A stretch of 64,000 nucleotides of DNA, taken from NCBI GenBank assembly GCA_963747695.1, contig CAVVFV010000010.1, forward strand, positions 325,618 to 389,617, in the 5' to 3' direction. Every line of letters begins with the position of its first letter. Position 1 is the stretch's first letter. Origin of the DNA: Candidatus Falkowbacteria bacterium. GTDB lineage: Bacteria; Patescibacteriota; Patescibacteriia; Patescibacteriales; WJLG01. The position numbers and the translations under genes are program-made. The notes under the pieces are model-generated. The model ran no database searches. It worked only from the letters and a program-made list of their open reading frames with translations, and was not told the origin of the DNA. Below, piece by piece: positions 60,398 to 64,000 of the stretch.

Positions 60398-61612
60398 CTA
60401 TTTCTTTGTTATTACCTCCTTGCCATTTATGAATGGCCTGAGTGCTTCAGGAATGATTACATTCCCATCAGCGGTTTGGTTGTTTTCGAGGATGGCCAGT
60501 AGTACGCGGTCAGTTATCATGGTTGCGGAAATGGTGTGTGGGAAGAAGTTTTTCTCGCCCTTGACCCTGATTTTCAGCCTCCTTGTTTGAAAATCGAGAA
60601 GATTGGTATTGGAGTGTGTTTCCCGATACCCACCATAGCCAGCGAACCAGGCCTCTATGTCGTACTTTTTGTATCCCGGAGCGCCCATATCTCCCACACA
60701 AACATTTACCACGCGATAAGGAACTTCCAGGAGTTGCATGATACGCTCCTCATTCGCTAGGCAAATTTCATGAAACTTGGGAGAGTCATCGGGGTGGCAG
60801 AGTATAATCTGCTCCGTTTTGTGAAACTGGTGTACTCTGAATGCGCCCTTGGTTGCCTTGCCATAGGAACCAGCTTCGGTTCGAAAGCACGGCGTAAGCG
60901 CACAATACTTCAGTGGCAGGATCGCCTTGTCAAGAATCTCGTCCATATGGAAAGATACAAGTGTTTGCTCGGATGTTCCGATCAGGCTCGTATCTGTGTC
61001 AGAGATTCCGTAAAATTGATCCTTTGAGAACGGCAGGTAGCCCGTACCAAACAGGGTTTCCTTTTTTGCAACGATTGGGGTTAACATCAGGGTAAAACCT
61101 TGATTCAGCAGCATTTGCTGGGCAAGCTGAAAGATTGCCATAGCCAGGACAGCTCCGTCGCCGACCCAGTAATAAAAACCTGCGCCTGCCACTTTGCTCC
61201 CTCTGGCCAAATCAAGTATGCCGAGATTGACTCCGATAGTTTCGTGAGTTTGAGGTTTAAAGTCGAAATTTGGAACCTGTCCCCACTTTTTGATTTCGAC
61301 GTTATCAGCGTCGCTTTCTCCATCCGGGACATCCTCAGCAAGAATATTGGGCAGTTGCCTCCACATCTCGATTCGTTCCGCCTCGAGTTTTCCCGTGATC
61401 TCCTTCAGAATCCTGATTTCTCCTTTCAGGGAGTTATCAGCATTCTTGCCCAAAACTTTCCTTTGATGCTGTAATTCCTCCAGTTTTACCTTGTTCTTCT
61501 GAAGTTCGGTGTCTATTTCGAGTAGCTTATAGACATCAATCTCCATCTTGCGCCGCCTACAGATCTCGGCAATTAATGCCGGATCTCTTCTTAACAGTCC
61601 AAAGTCTATCAT
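60398..61612 (-). CDS. serS: Seryl-tRNA synthetase
   Basis: N-terminal coiled-coil arm, class II motif 2 FRTEAGSYGKATKGAFRVHQFHKTE, motif 3 region TISATMITDRVLLAILENNQ. 404 aa. Confidence 0.9.
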   Translation of the reverse strand: MIDFGLLRRDPALIAEICRRRKMEIDVYKLLEIDTELQKNKVKLEELQHQRKVLGKNADNSLKGEIRILKEITGKLEAERIEMWRQLPNILAEDVPDGESDADNVEIKKWGQVPNFDFKPQTHETIGVNLGILDLARGSKVAGAGFYYWVGDGAVLAMAIFQLAQQMLLNQGFTLMLTPIVAKKETLFGTGYLPFSKDQFYGISDTDTSLIGTSEQTLVSFHMDEILDKAILPLKYCALTPCFRTEAGSYGKATKGAFRVHQFHKTEQIILCHPDDSPKFHEICLANEERIMQLLEVPYRVVNVCVGDMGAPGYKKYDIEAWFAGYGGYRETHSNTNLLDFQTRRLKIRVKGEKNFFPHTISATMITDRVLLAILENNQTADGNVIIPEALRPFINGKEVITKK

Positions 61613-61799
61613 GGTACACCTCCTTAGGGTTTTAGTTGTAAAGGTTCAGGCCTCACTGACTTTGTATTATACTCCCAAAGACCAAATTTGTCAAGCACAG
61701 GCACGGCACGCTCAGTGCGCGTAGTGTTTGAGTCAAAATGCTTGATTTTATTATACATTTGTGATAACTTTATAAAATAATACAATTGGTTAACATATT

Positions 61800-62942
61800 A
61801 TGGCAAAAGACACAATAAAAAAGGGAAAGCTTAATAATCTGATTGATATTATGCAGAAAAAGGGAGGTAATGAGAGGGAAAGAGAGGATGAGGTAGCTAC
61901 TTTCCTGAAAAACGTTCCGAGAGTCCCTCATGATGAGATGATTCAAGATAAGATGGATTTTCCAACAAAGATTGTTTTCGATGTGAACTCGGCATGCAAT
62001 CTGCAATGTAAAATGTGCTACGTGAAAGGGAGAAATAATACCCAAGTTCCATATGGTGATTTTACTCGCATTTTAAGGGAAATAAAAAACAATAACTCCC
62101 GGGCTATACTTAGTTATAGTTCGCTTGAGCCATTCATGAGAAAGGATTTTTTGAAAATAACAAAAAAGACCCATGAGTTAGGAATTCCATTTTCCATTTT
62201 TACAAATGGAACATTGATTGATAAAAAAATAGCAAAGCTATTGGTGGAATATAATCCAATTTCAATCACGTTTTCTTTGCATGGGCTAAAAGACACACAC
62301 GAGATGATTAATGGGGTTCAAGGAAGTTATGATAAGGTTATTGATGCGATAAAGAATATAAATTATTACAAAAAAATACTTAAGAAAAAATTGCCATTTG
62401 TTAGGGTTAATTGTGTTATTTCATCTCTTAATTATCGAGAATTGCCAGAGTTCGTAAATATTGGCAAAAAGCTAAAATTAAATATGCGCTTCTCTCATTT
62501 AATTTGGGAAGATAAGAAGACACACGATGAAATTTTAAATTTCATAAAGAAAAATCTAAAAACTGACAGTAAAGATATAAGAATTGATTTTAGCAGCCAA
62601 CTCAGCAAAGAAGTTGATGTTAAGGATTTAATAAAAGTTATTAAAACAATAAAGAAGGACAAGGATATACAGTTTCTGCCAAGCCTCAGTGATAAGGATT
62701 TGATTAAGTGGTACACATCGCCAATATTTTTTAAGGAAAAAAAGTGTTTTTATCCATTTGAATCCATAAATATACGGTCTAATGGAGAGGTTCATCCTTG
62801 TGCGTTTATCGATTTTTCTTATGGGAATATCTTTGATAAGAATATAAAAGAAATTTGGAAATCAGACAGGGCTTTATTTTTCAAAAATTTATTGAAAAAG
62901 AACGGTGTTTTGCCACCTTGCAATAAGTGTTGTAAGTTGTAG
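61800..62942 (+). CDS. Radical SAM enzyme with SPASM/twitch-like C-terminal Cys cluster
   Basis: CNLQCKMCY (CxxxCxxC) and C-terminal CFYPFESINIRSNGEVHPC...PPCNKCC. Confidence 0.8.
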   Translation: MAKDTIKKGKLNNLIDIMQKKGGNEREREDEVATFLKNVPRVPHDEMIQDKMDFPTKIVFDVNSACNLQCKMCYVKGRNNTQVPYGDFTRILREIKNNNSRAILSYSSLEPFMRKDFLKITKKTHELGIPFSIFTNGTLIDKKIAKLLVEYNPISITFSLHGLKDTHEMINGVQGSYDKVIDAIKNINYYKKILKKKLPFVRVNCVISSLNYRELPEFVNIGKKLKLNMRFSHLIWEDKKTHDEILNFIKKNLKTDSKDIRIDFSSQLSKEVDVKDLIKVIKTIKKDKDIQFLPSLSDKDLIKWYTSPIFFKEKKCFYPFESINIRSNGEVHPCAFIDFSYGNIFDKNIKEIWKSDRALFFKNLLKKNGVLPPCNKCCKL

Positions 62943-62979
62943 GTGCATTTTATGGAAAAATAATTTTTTAATTCTAAAT

Positions 62980-64000
62980 ATGCAATATAAAGTTTCAAGA
63001 TTCGTAAAGAGCTACGAATTAGGAGGTTATAAATGTCTATATCACACTCTTTTGCAAGAGGTTTTATTCGTGAAAAATAATATTTACGAGAAGGATTTTA
63101 TTGACAAATTGACAAAACAAAATCCCAAACTACTTAGGTTAATGAAGAAACTTAAGTTTGTAATTTCTGATGATGAAGACAATGAGGTACTAAAAAATGT
63201 AGTATTGGAAAAAAAGAAATATGATAGCAACTATTCTCTATTGAGAATTTTAATGACTGACCTCTGCAATCTTAACTGCAAATATTGTAAGGTAGAAAAT
63301 AACATAATAGATAGACACAGCACCACAGTAAGCACAAATGATGTAACTGAAACTCTTAAATTATTTCAAAAAGTTTCACCTAAAAGGAAAAAATTAGTTT
63401 CTATTACGGGTGGTGAACCATTATTATTTCCGGATAAGGTTAAGGAAATAATAGAACTGTGCAAGACTCATCTGGATAATTATTGGATTATATTATTCAC
63501 CAATGCCATATTGGTTAACGCTGACATGGCAAAATATCTAAAAAAGGAAAATGTATCGATTGTCATATCGTTGGATGGCAGCGAAAAAGTTCATAATAAG
63601 TTACGCGTTTTTCATAATGGAGAGGGTAGTTACAGTAAGGTGATGGCGGGATATGAATTGTTGAGAAAGAATAAATGCCGGATTGGGTTTTCTTGCACCG
63701 CAGGAAAACACAATATCGATAATTTAGTTGAAGAAATGATTTTTATAATGAAGCATTTTAAGCCGGATAGTCTTGGTATAAATCCGCTTAAGTATCCTTC
63801 GCATAAGACAACCATTTTTTCTCATTTAACCTCGCCAGTCAAATATGCGCAACAGTTGTTTGAATTATATAAAGAAGCTACAAAAAAGGGTGTTTTTGTG
63901 GAGCAAATATATAGGAAGATTGCGCCTTTTGTAGAAAAAAGATTTAAATATTACGATTGTGGAGCATGTGGAAAAAATATTAATCTGGATGCTAGGGGGA
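62980..64000 (+). CDS. Radical SAM/SPASM maturase-like enzyme with ~95-aa N-terminal extension (3' end beyond the window)
   Basis: Absent from the ORF track because no stop occurs before the edge. My translation is MQYKVSRFVKSYELGGYKCLYHTLLQ...LRILMTDLCNLNCKYCKV...ITGGEPLL...YYDCGACGKNINLDARG. Confidence 0.75.
   Translation, partial: MQYKVSRFVKSYELGGYKCLYHTLLQEVLFVKNNIYEKDFIDKLTKQNPKLLRLMKKLKFVISDDEDNEVLKNVVLEKKKYDSNYSLLRILMTDLCNLNCKYCKVENNIIDRHSTTVSTNDVTETLKLFQKVSPKRKKLVSITGGEPLLFPDKVKEIIELCKTHLDNYWIILFTNAILVNADMAKYLKKENVSIVISLDGSEKVHNKLRVFHNGEGSYSKVMAGYELLRKNKCRIGFSCTAGKHNIDNLVEEMIFIMKHFKPDSLGINPLKYPSHKTTIFSHLTSPVKYAQQLFELYKEATKKGVFVEQIYRKIAPFVEKRFKYYDCGACGKNINLDARG

Noticed and set aside
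60398-61612. serS as a cluster-specific resistance or biosynthetic paralogue
   Set aside because: The protein looks like a complete canonical bacterial SerRS. Its base composition looks closer to the core genes than to its AT-rich neighbours. Without the rest of the genome, a second copy cannot be shown. I keep this only as a caveat within the cluster finding.

Overview
This 64-kb chromosomal segment has the gene content and style of a small-genome, Patescibacteria/CPR-like bacterium. That assignment is an inference; no database search was possible.

The core content is ordinary. The left edge carries the rpmH-rnpA-yidD-yidC operon. The replication-origin module, with DnaA-box clusters around dnaA-dnaN, lies at 23.5-26.4 kb. 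About 60 further CDS are mostly housekeeping: smc, comM, PBP1A, pnp, rpsO, rplS, glyA, aroB, folD, recQ, nusA, ppaC, tig, smpB and serS. I found seven tRNA genes, one tRNA-Gly-like sequence and tmRNA. I found no rRNA and no CRISPR array.

The unusual material is mostly non-coding:
1. A family of GC-rich ~170-nt units ends in T-loop-like CAGTTCRAnTCCCGC. The units sit tail-to-tail with tRNA-Asp (22.8-23.05 kb) and with tmRNA (55.2-55.57 kb).
2. A ~40-nt double-hairpin element occurs three times, each time fused to a fragment of a neighbouring tRNA.
3. A six-copy GC-rich palindromic repeat (E1, CCCCTC..GGGAGGGGTG..GGGGTGGGT) includes a near-perfect inverted pair that brackets aroB.
4. A two-copy nested-stem element (E2) is present.
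5. AT-rich 'word' palindromes fill many intergenic spacers.

The right end (55.9-64 kb) is an integration hotspot and accessory island. It holds a tRNA-Gly-like gene overlapped antisense by a 5'-truncated large serine recombinase. Next comes an IS3-family element whose orfB lies in the +1 frame across an A9 run, followed by a carbamoyltransferase remnant. An AT-rich block follows with a nucleotidyltransferase-fold protein, serS and two radical-SAM/SPASM enzymes.

Other notable points are a bacterial Elp3 homologue together with a Trm9-like methyltransferase, a TyrA-PheA fusion, and an HTH-Doc toxin-antitoxin pair with a palindromic operator.

All calls rest on reading the sequence and recognising motifs by eye. 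No BLAST, tRNAscan or Infernal run was possible.
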